Counted from the stretch's first letter, positions 50,359 to 59,461 are shown. The stretch: DNA of 64,000 bases from an uncultured Alphaproteobacteria bacterium (GCA_963732795.1 CAVTAV010000007.1:18321-82320), one strand, 5' to 3'. Made by a program: numbers and translations. Notes: a model not told the origin generated them from the letters alone.

Positions 50359-50793
50359 ATGTCACCCAGTGCTAGCGTGAAGAAGACGACGAAGAAGACG
50401 ACCGCGAAGAAGACCGCGAAGAAGACCGTGGCCAAGAAGAAGGCTCCGGTCCGCAAGGCGGCTGCCGCGAAGAAGCCTGCTACCCGCAAGGCTCCTGCTC
50501 GGAAGACTGCGGCGAAGAAGGCACCGGTCCGTAAGGCCGCTGCTGCAAAGAAGCCTGCCGCGAAGAAAGCGCCCGCCAAGAAGAAGCCCGCCGTCAGGAA
50601 GGCTGCCGCGAAGAAGCCTGCCGCGAAGAAGGCCCCCGCCAAGAAGACTGTTGCGAAGAAGCCCGCCGCGAAGAAGAAGCCCGCCGTCAGGAAAGCCGCT
50701 GCGAAAAAGCCTGCCGCGAAGAAGGCTCCTGCTCGCAAGACCGCCGCGAAGAAGGCCCCCGCCAAGAAGAAGCCTGCCGCGAAGAAGAAGTAA
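50359..50793 (+). CDS. Lys/Ala/Pro-rich histone-H1-like (AlgP/Hc-like) basic repeat protein
   Basis: Start at ATG 50359 (AAGGGGAG 8 nt upstream). [22 protein letters not shown]... followed by reiterated [12 protein letters not shown] / [12 protein letters not shown] units. The DNA is visibly tandem-repetitive. Confidence 0.75.
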   Translation: MSPSASVKKTTKKTTAKKTAKKTVAKKKAPVRKAAAAKKPATRKAPARKTAAKKAPVRKAAAAKKPAAKKAPAKKKPAVRKAAAKKPAAKKAPAKKTVAKKPAAKKKPAVRKAAAKKPAAKKAPARKTAAKKAPAKKKPAAKKK

Positions 50794-51091
50794 GTTCGAC
50801 ATCCGTGTAATCTTGTCCCTCCATTGTCGAGTGCAGACCTTGGAGGGAGGGATGTTTGAGCTAGAGGGGAAGGGAGTGCCGCCCGCGTCGCTTTGACGTC
50901 TCGCGTGTCTCGCCCTAACTGATCCTCGATCTTCTCGAACGGACGATAAGGGCCGGTTCTATGCCGCCACCGGATCGCTCGTCGCGGTGCCCGTTGACAC
51001 GTCCGAAGGCGACGGCCAAGCTATAGCCACAGCGCTGTCGCGTCGGGGAGGCGTGGTCTGTCGCGCCTTCAGTTCGGGGAAAACAACCGCA

Positions 51092-52721
51092 ATGAGTGAG
51101 TTGGGCTTGCTGTCGCGCGAACGTATCGTCGCGAAGCCGGGCTTTAATCGTTGGACGGTACCGCCGGCCGCCGTCGCCATCCATCTGTGCATCGGGATGG
51201 CCTATGGATTCAGCGTCTTCTGGCTGCCGCTGTCGCGCGCGGTCGGGATCGATGCTTCCGTTGCGTGTCCCGACGGATCCTCGCTGCTCCATCGGCTTGT
51301 CGCGACCGACTGTGACTGGTTGGTCAGCGACGTCCAATGGATGTACACTCTCTTTTTCGTTTTTCTTGGAACGGCCGCCGCGATCTGGGGCGGATGGCTG
51401 GAGCGCGCCGGTCCGCGCCGTGCCGGCGTCGTGGCTGCGTTCTGCTGGTGCGGCGGCTTCGTGATCTCGGCGATCGGCGTCGCGGCCCATCAGTTGTGGC
51501 TGATGTGGCTCGGTTCGGGCGTGATCGGCGGCATCGGCATCGGGCTCGGCTATATCTCGCCCGTCTCGACCCTCATCAAATGGTTTCCCGACCGGCGCGG
51601 CATGGCGACGGGTATGGCGATCATGGGCTTCGGGGGCGGCGCGATGATCGGCGCCCCGCTCGCCAACTGGCTGATGACCGTCTTCGCGACCCGCCATTCG
51701 GTCGGCGTCTGGCAGACCTTCCTGGTACTGGGCGCGGTCTATTTCGTGTTCATGCTGGGCGGGGCGTTCGGCTATCGCATTCCGCCGGCCGGGTGGCGGC
51801 CGGAAGGCTGGGAGCCGCCGAAGGACAAGACGCATGCGCTGATCACCAATCGTCATGTGCATCTGAAGGACGCGCATAAGACGCGCCAGTTCTGGCTGAT
51901 CTGGCTGGTGCTGACCTTGAACGTCATTCCGGGCATCGGCGTTCTGGGCATGGCCTCGCCGATGCTGCAGGAGATCTTCGCCGGCTCGCTGATCGGCGCG
52001 CCGCATGTCGGCTTCACCGCACTCGATGCGTCACAGCGCGTGGCGGTCGCGGCGATCGCCGCCGGCTTCACCGGACTGTTGTCGCTGTTCAATATCGGCG
52101 GCCGCTATTTCTGGGCGTCGGTCTCGGACAGGATCGGCCGCAAGATGACCTATTACACGTTCTTCGTGCTCGGCATCGCGCTCTATGCGCTGGCGCCGTG
52201 CCACCGCCCATATGGGCTCGAAGATCCTGTTCGTGCTGTTCTTCTGCGTGATCCTGTCGATGTATGGCGGCGGCTTCGCGACCGTGCCGGCCTATCTCGC
52301 CGATGTGTTCGGCACGCAATTCGTCGGCGCGATCCATGGCCGGCTGCTGACCGCCTGGTCGGTCGCCGGGCTCATCGGCCCGGTGATCGTGAGCTATATC
52401 CGCGAGGGCCAGATCGCGGCCGGCGTGCCGAATAACCTCGTCTATGATTTCACGATGTATATTCTCGCCGGCATGCTGATCCTCGGCTTCCTCTGCAATA
52501 TGGGCATCAAGCCGGTGAAAGAGCACCTCTATATGTCGGACAAGGAAGTCGCGACGCACGAGGCCAAGGCCCATGCGGTCGTCGCCGGCGCGACCAGTTC
52601 CTACGGGATCGGCCGCGGCGGGTTCGACATGAAAGCGTTCCTCGCCTGGTCGGCGATCGGCATTCCCATCGCCTGGGGCGCCTGGGTCACGCTCAAGAAC
52701 GCCTTCGTGCTGTTCCAGTAG
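51092..52721 (+). pseudogene. OFA-family MFS transporter (oxalate/formate antiporter-like), frame-disrupted near 52198
   Basis: Start at ATG 51092 (MSELGLLSRERIVAKPGFNRWTVPPAAVAIHLCIGMAYGFSVFW). WFPDRRGMATGMAIMGFGGG. The C-terminal half (ILFVLFFCVILSMYGGGFATVPAYLADVFG) is in ORF 52185..52721. gccgTgccacc looks like a one-base insertion. Confidence 0.8.
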
Positions 52722-52725
52722 ATGC

Positions 52726-53904
52726 TCAGTGTCGCGCGGTCAGCGCGACTTTCTGCGTGCGTCCGTTCGCAATAGCACCGGAGAAACGCTCGGCGATCTC
52801 TGCCGCGTCGATCGGAATGCGCGGCGGCGCCTTTGCCCGCTCGGCGCTGGTGAACACACGGATAAAGGCCGGGCCCGGCTTCCTCAGAAGCTCGCCGTCA
52901 CGCGTCAAAGTCTCCGTCGAATGGGCCTCGGCCGAGGCCCGGTAACCGCAGGCGGCGGCGATCGCGCAAAGATCCGTCCGGGGCGAGAGGCTCATCTGGC
53001 CGCCGGTCGAATTCATGGATGCCGTTGTCGAGCACGATATGGAGCAGGTTCCCCGGCGCGCGGCCCCGACAAAGGCGAGCCCCGACAGCCGCATCAGCAC
53101 CGAGCCGTCGCCGTCGAGAACGATCACCCGGCGGTCGGTCGCCGCCGCAATGCCGAGGCCGAGCGCGGGCGCGTGGCCCATCGAGCCCATCATGTAGAAC
53201 CGCGACGGCGCATCGCCGAGTCTGGAACAGCGCGCGGCTTGCAAGCCCTGTGGGCGCGACGATAAGGGCGTCGTCGGGAATGACATCGAGAATGGCTTGG
53301 AGCGCCGCATCCCGAGGCGGGGACGGGCCGGCCTCGTCGCGAGAGAATTTCTCACGGCGTATCGACGGAGATCCGTTATGGCCGTGACGTCGACGTCGCA
53401 GAACAGTTTCATCGGCACCAGGATGGCCTGGGACGCCCCGCCGGCGGCGACTGTGCGCGCACAAACCTCGGCAAGGCCCGCCGCATTGTCGGCATCCGCG
53501 ATATGGACGGCGACGCCGCAGGCCTTGAGGAACGGCTCGGTTAATCCGCCGACCAGTCGGTGCTGCGGTTCATCATGGACGCCGGGCCGGCCGCGCCAGC
53601 CGATGACCAGCAGAACCGGAATGCGATAAGGCGCGATCAGCGAGGTCAGCGCATTCGAGAGATTGCTGAGCCCCGAATTCTGGCACAGTACCGCCGCCGT
53701 CCTGCCGCCGAGCCGTGCCCCGGCGGCGAAGGCGAGCGCTTCGCCTTCGTTGGGCGCGTTGGCGAAATCGAGCGCGGGGTCGGCGAGCATCGCGTTCATC
53801 AGCCCCGTCATCGACGAGCACGGCACGCCTGTTGCGAGCGCCGCCCCGCCGCGTTTCAGTCCCGCCAGAAAATCGACGGGATCGGCTTGCTTCGCCCCCG
53901 TCAT
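52726..53904 (-). pseudogene. Phosphonopyruvate decarboxylase (ThDP-dependent, Fom2/AepY-like), with internal out-of-frame stretches (about 4 junctions near 53340, 53215, 53060, 53010)
   Basis: N-terminus TGVPCSSMTGLMN...APNEGEALAFAAGARLGG...LCQNSGLSNLSNALTSLIAPYRIPVLLVIGWRGRPGVHDEPQH matches the Ppd signature as I remember it from AepY/Fom2. ThDP-binding part YMMGSMGHAPALGLG...VIVLDGDGSVLM. The segments DALIVAPTGLASRALFQ and NLLHIVLDNG sit in the frame of ORF 52898..53464. Confidence 0.75.
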
Positions 53905-54956
53905 AGAAGTGCCGCCGCGCGCCGCCGAATGTCCGCGACGATCCCGGGCTCCGGCGGCACGACCGATCGGTTCGCGCGATCGGGATTGAGCGCCTTGTCG
54001 TTAGCAAGGATCGTCTCGGGCGTGACGGCCTCGGCGACGAGACGCGCCGCGCCGGTCCTGCGCCACAACTTCGGCAGAACGTCCAGTGAGCCAATGGCGT
54101 CAGCCCGACGACGGTCGATCACAGGCAGCAAACCCGCCGTGCCCAAGGCGAACAGCCCGGCCGCGAGGCCGTGGCGCAATCCGTGCGCGCCCGTCAGCGG
54201 ATAGGAGAGGGCATGGGCGATTCCCGTCCGGGTCTGGCAGATCGCCGCTCCCGCCGCGGCCGCGCCGAGGGAGAGGTCCCGGAGGATGCGATCATCCGAA
54301 ATGTCCGCCGACTGCAGCGTCCGTAATATTGTTTCGAGCGCGAAGGACGCATATCGATCCGACTCCCGGGTCGCGTTGCGGCTCCACAGCGCTTCGAGCG
54401 CATGGGAGATTGCATCCCAGAACGCGGCAATGCGGATCTCCGGCCCGGCCGTGACCAGGAGTGCCGGATCGTAGACTGCATCGCTCGGCTGTAATGCCGG
54501 ACCTTCGATGGAGGATTTGACGCCATCGTCCCAAAGGCTCGCGGTCGGCGTCAGCTCCGATCCCGAGCCGGCCGTGGTGGGCAGGCAGATCAACGGAGCG
54601 TCGTCCGGTTCCCGGTCTGCGCGCCACGATCCGCCGAAAAGATTTGCCTGCCGGACGAGCTTCGCCGCGTCCAGGACCGATCCCGATCCGATGCCGACGA
54701 CCTGGGCCGGCCCCGACCGCCATGCGTGGCGCAGACCGCGAGTGGTCAACAGGCCGGGCGGGACGATGATCGCCTCCGTGGGCGGCGTCAGGCCGTCCAG
54801 CAGGTCTTGGCAACGGCTCAATCCGCCGGCGCTGATGACCAGACTCCATGGACCGGTGACCAGCTCCCGCAACGCCGTCCGCGCGGCTCGGCCGAAATGC
54901 AGGCGGGTCTTGAGATCGCCGGTTGGAAAGAAGGGCGCGCCCGGCTGGATGGTCAC
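53901..54956 (-). CDS. Iron-containing alcohol dehydrogenase (phosphonoacetaldehyde-reductase-like, FomC/PhpC-type by context)
   Basis: Fe-ADH motifs VVGIGSGSVLDAAK, LPTTAGSGSE, FWDAISHALE and GIAHALSYPLTGAHGLRHG. Putative GTG start at 54956, 5 nt after the upstream stop. The stop overlaps the Ppd ATG (ATGA at 53901-53904). Confidence 0.75.
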   Translation of the reverse strand: MTIQPGAPFFPTGDLKTRLHFGRAARTALRELVTGPWSLVISAGGLSRCQDLLDGLTPPTEAIIVPPGLLTTRGLRHAWRSGPAQVVGIGSGSVLDAAKLVRQANLFGGSWRADREPDDAPLICLPTTAGSGSELTPTASLWDDGVKSSIEGPALQPSDAVYDPALLVTAGPEIRIAAFWDAISHALEALWSRNATRESDRYASFALETILRTLQSADISDDRILRDLSLGAAAAGAAICQTRTGIAHALSYPLTGAHGLRHGLAAGLFALGTAGLLPVIDRRRADAIGSLDVLPKLWRRTGAARLVAEAVTPETILANDKALNPDRANRSVVPPEPGIVADIRRRAAALL

Positions 54957-54961
54957 GGGTC

Positions 54962-55592
54962 TTATCCGGCCGTGGCCAGAACATGCCCGGCGACGTCCTC
55001 GGCGATCGTCCCCGCGTCGCGCGTCGCGTCGATCGTGATCCAGCCGTCGCGCGCCGCCCAATCGCGAAGGACCGCCCGGACCGCGGACTGGTGCTTGAGG
55101 AACCGTTCGGGCCTCATCTCCGGGTCGCAGCCGCATTCATAGGGCGTGAGGTCGCCGGCAATCTTGCGTTCGAGCGCCATCTCCGGCGTCGACATCGAAA
55201 TAGAGGGTGAGGTCGGCATTCGGCATCGCCTCGACATAGCCTTCGATCATGGCCCGCGAGGCGCCCATGGCGAGTTCGGCGGCGGCGTGCTTCATCCAAT
55301 AGCCGTCGGAGATGAAGCAGTCATAGGGCTCGGTCATCGAGCGCGTGGTGGTGAGCGCGATGCACCAGAACAGAAAAAGCGCGCGGCCCGGCCCCTTCAT
55401 CTCTGAAATGCAGACCCGGAGCTCCTCCAGATTGGAGTCCATGAAGCGGCATTCGGGATGAATGGTTGGGTCGAGCACGTCCCATTTGTCGATGATCTTG
55501 ACCGAGCGGCCGTCGTCCCCGAGACGTGTGGCGAGCGCTTTGGTCTGGGTCGATTTTCCGGCCCCGTCCAATCCGGCGAAGGCGATCAGCAT
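54962..55592 (-). pseudogene. P-loop kinase of the dTMP-kinase fold (possible FomB-like role), frame-disrupted near 55195
   Basis: MLIAFAGLDGAGKSTQTKALATRLGDDGRSVKII... (Walker A) within ORF 55137..56132. The C-terminal part STPEMALERKIAGDLTPYE...WITIDATRDAGTIAEDV is in ORF 54962..55237. The ATG 55592..55590 overlaps the upstream stop (TGATG). Confidence 0.65.
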
Positions 55593-56402
55593 CAGGCCAC
55601 CGCCGGGATGGGTTGCGCCGCGCCAGGCCGGATCCAGGTGCCGGGCGGCGGCGCGGCGAACAGCGCGGGTTCGAGGAGATCGGGCCGGCCCGAACAGATC
55701 ACGCCCTCGATGCCGTGCCGCGCGAGACGCATCATGACGCTCAACTTGCGGCGCATCCCGCCGGTGATATCGGGCTTCTCCGATGGCGTGATCGCGTCGA
55801 ACGCCGTCGCCCGGTCGGAGGGGCGGAGCGTGGCCGCGATCGCGCCGCCGATGCGCAGCCCCGCGACGTCGGACAGCGCGGCGAACCGCTTGACCCGGAA
55901 CGCCTTGGCGACGAAGAGCGGAAAGAGATCGCTGGTTAAGACGGTCGCATGGCCGCGCTGGAAGATGACGCTCGGCATCAGCACCGGCGTCACACCGGCG
56001 TCGAGGGCGGCGTGAAGCGGGGCGGGGTCGAAGCGAACCCCCGGCCCCGTGTCGCGCAGAATCCGGTCGGCGGTCAGCACGGTCACGGCCGGCCCAGCCC
56101 GCTGCCAGATCCGCTCGAACAGTCCCGCCCATTCATGAAACACCGGCGCGGCGGCCGCGACGCGATCGGCGGCGTCGGATGCAAATTCAGGATGGGCGAG
56201 GGCGTGACCGAAGCTGCCGCCGCCGGCGATCAGGATGACCCGCCGCCGCAAAACGGGCGTCAGCGCCCCGAAGGCCCGCGCGAAGCTCATGATCGCCGCC
56301 TTGTCGGCGGTCATGAGCCGCGCCTTGTCGGTGATGATCGAGCCACCGAACTTACCGATGACGTAGTCGTGATGTCCGTTGTCCGAGTTCTGGCTGTGTC
56401 AT
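55592..56402 (-). pseudogene. Amino-acid-kinase-family kinase (FomA / isopentenyl-phosphate-kinase-like), 1-nt frame disruption just after the start (near 56390)
   Basis: ORF 55592..56314 plus upstream in-frame codons give ...DYVIGKFGGSIITDKARL...VILIAGGGSFGHALA...DITGGMRRKLSVMMRLARHGIEGVICSG. That frame is closed by a TGA. The only ATG (56402..56400, overlapping the upstream stop as TGATG) is one base out of frame (cagCcagaac). Confidence 0.7.
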
Positions 56403-56965
56403 CACGTCCTGTAGTTGATCGCGAGCACCTCGGCGGTCTCTCCGATCGACGAGAAGCTGTGCGGCAGGCCGGGGTCGACATAGACCGAGGCACCCTGCTG
56501 AAGGCGGGCCGTCCGCTGCGCGCCCTCCGGGTCGACCCAGTCCATCCGGACGTCGCCCTGGAGCACGTAGATCAGCTCCTTCGCGTCGTGACCGTCATTG
56601 AGCACAATCCCTTTCTCGGAGTTGCAGTGCAAGGTCAATTTGAGCGCCATCAGCTCGGGCGCGGCATCGGTGGTCGCGAGATGCTGATAAGTGTAATAGG
56701 GGGCGCCGCCGCGCTCGCCGGTGATCCGGAAGCCTTCGCCGGGCTCGGCGATCTTCACGCCGCCGTCGAGATCGGTCGTGCCGGACGGTTCACCGCCGGT
56801 CAACGCCGATGCCGGGACAATCAACTTTGACGCGAGCTTGGCGAGGGCCTCGGCTTCCGGCAGCTCGACGCTGCCGTTCTCGACGCGAAAACCGCGGATG
56901 AGGTCGTCTATCGGCATTTTCCGCGAGATTGCAACTTGTTCCAGGATATTGAGGTCGATCTTCAT
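56402..56965 (-). CDS. HppE-like protein: (S)-2-hydroxypropylphosphonate epoxidase (Fom4/Psf4) family candidate, HTH-like N-domain + cupin
   Basis: 187 aa, intact, GGAG 7 nt upstream. DLDGGVKIA...YYTYQHLATTDAAPELMALKLTLH...NDGHDAKELIYVLQGDVRM...VDPGLPHSF...LAINY. The H-x3-E...H spacing equals the 2-His-1-Glu triad of HppE. The atypical N-domain resembles HppE more than a canonical XRE HTH. Judged from memory of the Fom4/Psf4 sequences. Confidence 0.65.
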   Translation of the reverse strand: MKIDLNILEQVAISRKMPIDDLIRGFRVENGSVELPEAEALAKLASKLIVPASALTGGEPSGTTDLDGGVKIAEPGEGFRITGERGGAPYYTYQHLATTDAAPELMALKLTLHCNSEKGIVLNDGHDAKELIYVLQGDVRMDWVDPEGAQRTARLQQGASVYVDPGLPHSFSSIGETAEVLAINYRT

Positions 56966-57063
56966 GGCTGGCTCCTGTCGGTTTGAAGGGGCATTTCCAT
57001 ATGCGGGAAAAGATTACTATTTATACTCGCAAAAGGAGTATATAGTCGCGCAAAAGTTGTGAC

Positions 57064-57082
57064 AAGCGGCGACATGCCGCTT
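57064..57082 (-). terminator. Hairpin downstream of the nucleotidyltransferase gene (weak intrinsic-terminator candidate)
   Basis: AAGCGGC-gacat-GCCGCTT (7-bp stem) about 30 nt after the stop at 57113. On the minus strand it is followed by GUCACAACUUUUGC, a short and distant U-run. Confidence 0.35.
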
Positions 57083-57112
57083 GGCAGACCGATCAGATTT
57101 CAGGGAATGGCT

Positions 57113-58225
57113 TTAGAGCCGGCCGAACATGTGGGGCCAGAAGTCGCCGATATCGTTTGAGGACCTCGGCGTCTCGCCCGGACGCAGGGTCTGCCACTGA
57201 TCGAGAAGGTATCGGAACGATTCCGGCATCGCCTCGCCGAGGACGCCCGGCATCCGGCGTAGAACATAGGCGGCGCCGCGCCGCAGATTGTGGCCTTCCA
57301 CCAGGCTGGCGAAGGCGTCAATCTCTTCCTCGTCGAGCGCCAGGGCGATCCGGGCGAAATCGGAGAGATACTGGAAGCCCTTCCGATTGGACTGCGCGCC
57401 CTCCCAATAGAGCTTGAACAGTGCGTGAAATGCCATCCACTCGGCCGGCGGCAGCAGGAACGGGGTGCCGTTCCAGTCACGGGGGACCGGCCGGTCCAGG
57501 ATGTCGTCGATGGAAATTCCCGAGCCGATGGCGTGATGAATATCGACGAGGATAGGCGTACGGACCGAATTTCCGTCGACCTCTGAAGCGAAGGGCAAAA
57601 GGTCGCCTGTCCAGCGGAACCCCTCGGCGACCTGCGGATCGACCTGGCCGAGATCCATGATCTTGAGCCAGAAGCCAAGCGCGTAATGGTCCAACTCCTC
57701 TTTGGCCCGGCTTTCGAAATTCGTGGGCGCGAAGGTCTGGGTTTCGGGGTCGTAGGCACCCGGCCAGAACCCGATCGAGCGCAGGATCGTCTTGGCATCG
57801 TCCAGCGCTTCCTCCCGAACGCCGAAATCAAGATCGGCGCCGGTCCGGCAGGTCGGATCGTCATAGCCGACAAATCCGTTCGCCGTGCCTTTCAGCGCGA
57901 CAAGCTCGATGCCCCGGTCGGCGAAGGCGCGCGCAACCTCGGCCGCGACTTGGCGTGACAGACGGCCTTGAAGCGCCGCCGCGGCGGAGATCGCGGTAAG
58001 CCGCTCGCGGGTGTCGGGCTTCAATTGGCTCCCGTATTGCTCCAGGAAAGCCGGAATCGCCACGGACGCGACCTGCCACACCCGCCCGATCCAGCCGGCG
58101 AGGGACTTGGCTTCATCATCCGTTATGGGCCGTTCGAGCGGCCGTCCGGCCAATATTTTCGCGACGTCATATTCCAAACGCGCCGGACCCGATCCGTCGA
58201 CAGAATTGTAATTACGCTCGTTCAC
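57113..58225 (-). CDS. Uncharacterised nucleotidyltransferase family protein (NTP_transf_5 / PF14907-like)
   Basis: 370 aa, intact. ...GIELVALKGTANGFVGYDDPTCRTGADLDFGV...ILVDIHHAIG... is typical of that family as I recall it. Confidence 0.65.
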   Translation of the reverse strand: MNERNYNSVDGSGPARLEYDVAKILAGRPLERPITDDEAKSLAGWIGRVWQVASVAIPAFLEQYGSQLKPDTRERLTAISAAAALQGRLSRQVAAEVARAFADRGIELVALKGTANGFVGYDDPTCRTGADLDFGVREEALDDAKTILRSIGFWPGAYDPETQTFAPTNFESRAKEELDHYALGFWLKIMDLGQVDPQVAEGFRWTGDLLPFASEVDGNSVRTPILVDIHHAIGSGISIDDILDRPVPRDWNGTPFLLPPAEWMAFHALFKLYWEGAQSNRKGFQYLSDFARIALALDEEEIDAFASLVEGHNLRRGAAYVLRRMPGVLGEAMPESFRYLLDQWQTLRPGETPRSSNDIGDFWPHMFGRL

Positions 58226-58414
58226 TTGAAACCCCCAGCCTGTTGGCCGTCAAATCCTCCATGTCTCGGTCTTGTGGAGCTATATAGGGCGATGCCGGTA
58301 ACTGCGCTTTGCGGCTAGTCAAATCATAGAAAAATCTTGCCGGCATCTCTCCAGTTGACAGTATAACGCCGAAGGGCCGATTTTTCGACGGGCCATCGTT
58401 CAAGCGGACTTTCC

Positions 58415-59452
58415 ATGCATTTTGGAAGCGATAACACCAGCGGCGTCGCGCCGGAGATTCTCGAAGCCATCGCGCGGGTCAATTCCGGCTATGCGCCGAG
58501 TTATGGCGCAGACGAGACCACGCGCCGGGTGGAGCAGAAGCTCGCCGACCTGTTCGAGACCGATCTCGCGGCGTTCCTCGTCGGTACCGGGACGGCGGCC
58601 AATTCCCTCGGCCTCGCGGCGTTGGTCAAGCCTTATGAGGCCGTGTTCTGCCATGAAGCGAGTCACATCTATTGGGACGAATGCGGCGCGCCGGAGTTCT
58701 TCACGGGCGGCGCCAAGCTGATGGCGGTGAACGGCCTATTGGGCAAACTGCACCCGGAAGATGTCCGGAAGGCCGTGTCGTTCATCCGGCCCGATTTTCC
58801 GCATCAGGCGCAGCCCGCCGCTTTGAGCCTCTCGCAGCTCACAGAATTCGGCACGACCTACAAGCCCGAGGAAATCAAGGCCTTGAGCGAGGTGGCGCGC
58901 GAGCGCGGCATGGCGGTGCATATGGACGGAGCGCGGTTCTCCAATGCCGTCGTCTCGACCGGCGCGAGCCCGGCCGATCTCACTTGGCGCAACGGCGTCG
59001 ATGTTCTCTCCTTCGGGGCGAGCAAGAACGGCGCGATGGGCGTCGAGGCGGTGATCGTGTTCGATCCGGGCCGGGTCGGCGCGCTTCCCTCGCTCCGCAA
59101 GCGCGCCGGGCAGCTTTTCTCCAAGGGGCGGTTCCTTGGCGCCCAGATGGAGGCCTATCTCGACGGCGAGCTCTGGCGACGTCATGCCGCGCACGCCAAC
59201 GCCATGGCGACGCGGCTCGAGCAGGGCCTGCGCTCGGTTCCGGGAGTCGAGATCAGCTACCCCGTTGAAGGCAACGAGATCTTCTGCGTCTTGCCCGACG
59301 AGATCGACAAGCGGCTCAAGGCGGCCGGCGCGGTCTACCATCCCTGGAAAGCGCCGGGCGATACCGCGCCGGGCGACAAGATGCGCCTCGTGACGAGTTA
59401 CGTGACCGCCGAAGATGCGGTGGATGAATTCCTGGAGATAGCCCGCGGCTGA
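58415..59452 (+). CDS. Low-specificity L-threonine aldolase (PLP-dependent)
   Basis: 345 aa. MHFGSDNTSGVAPEILEAI...YGADETT...GTGTAANSLGL...SFGASKNG (PLP lysine). Confidence 0.85.
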   Translation: MHFGSDNTSGVAPEILEAIARVNSGYAPSYGADETTRRVEQKLADLFETDLAAFLVGTGTAANSLGLAALVKPYEAVFCHEASHIYWDECGAPEFFTGGAKLMAVNGLLGKLHPEDVRKAVSFIRPDFPHQAQPAALSLSQLTEFGTTYKPEEIKALSEVARERGMAVHMDGARFSNAVVSTGASPADLTWRNGVDVLSFGASKNGAMGVEAVIVFDPGRVGALPSLRKRAGQLFSKGRFLGAQMEAYLDGELWRRHAAHANAMATRLEQGLRSVPGVEISYPVEGNEIFCVLPDEIDKRLKAAGAVYHPWKAPGDTAPGDKMRLVTSYVTAEDAVDEFLEIARG

Positions 59453-59461
59453 GCCGACCGG

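Noticed and set aside
50196-50765. A 189-aa Phe/Ala/Gly-rich minus-strand ORF, and the 146-aa Leu/Arg/Gly-rich ORF at 50362-50802.
   Set aside because: These are mirror images of the Lys/Ala repeat gene on the plus strand. Only the plus-strand frame has a ribosome-binding site and a biologically known protein type.
50380-50793. Regular short repeats that could be mistaken for a CRISPR or tandem-repeat locus.
   Set aside because: The repeats are in-frame codon repeats of a Lys/Ala-rich protein, with no spacer/repeat architecture. No cas genes are in the window.
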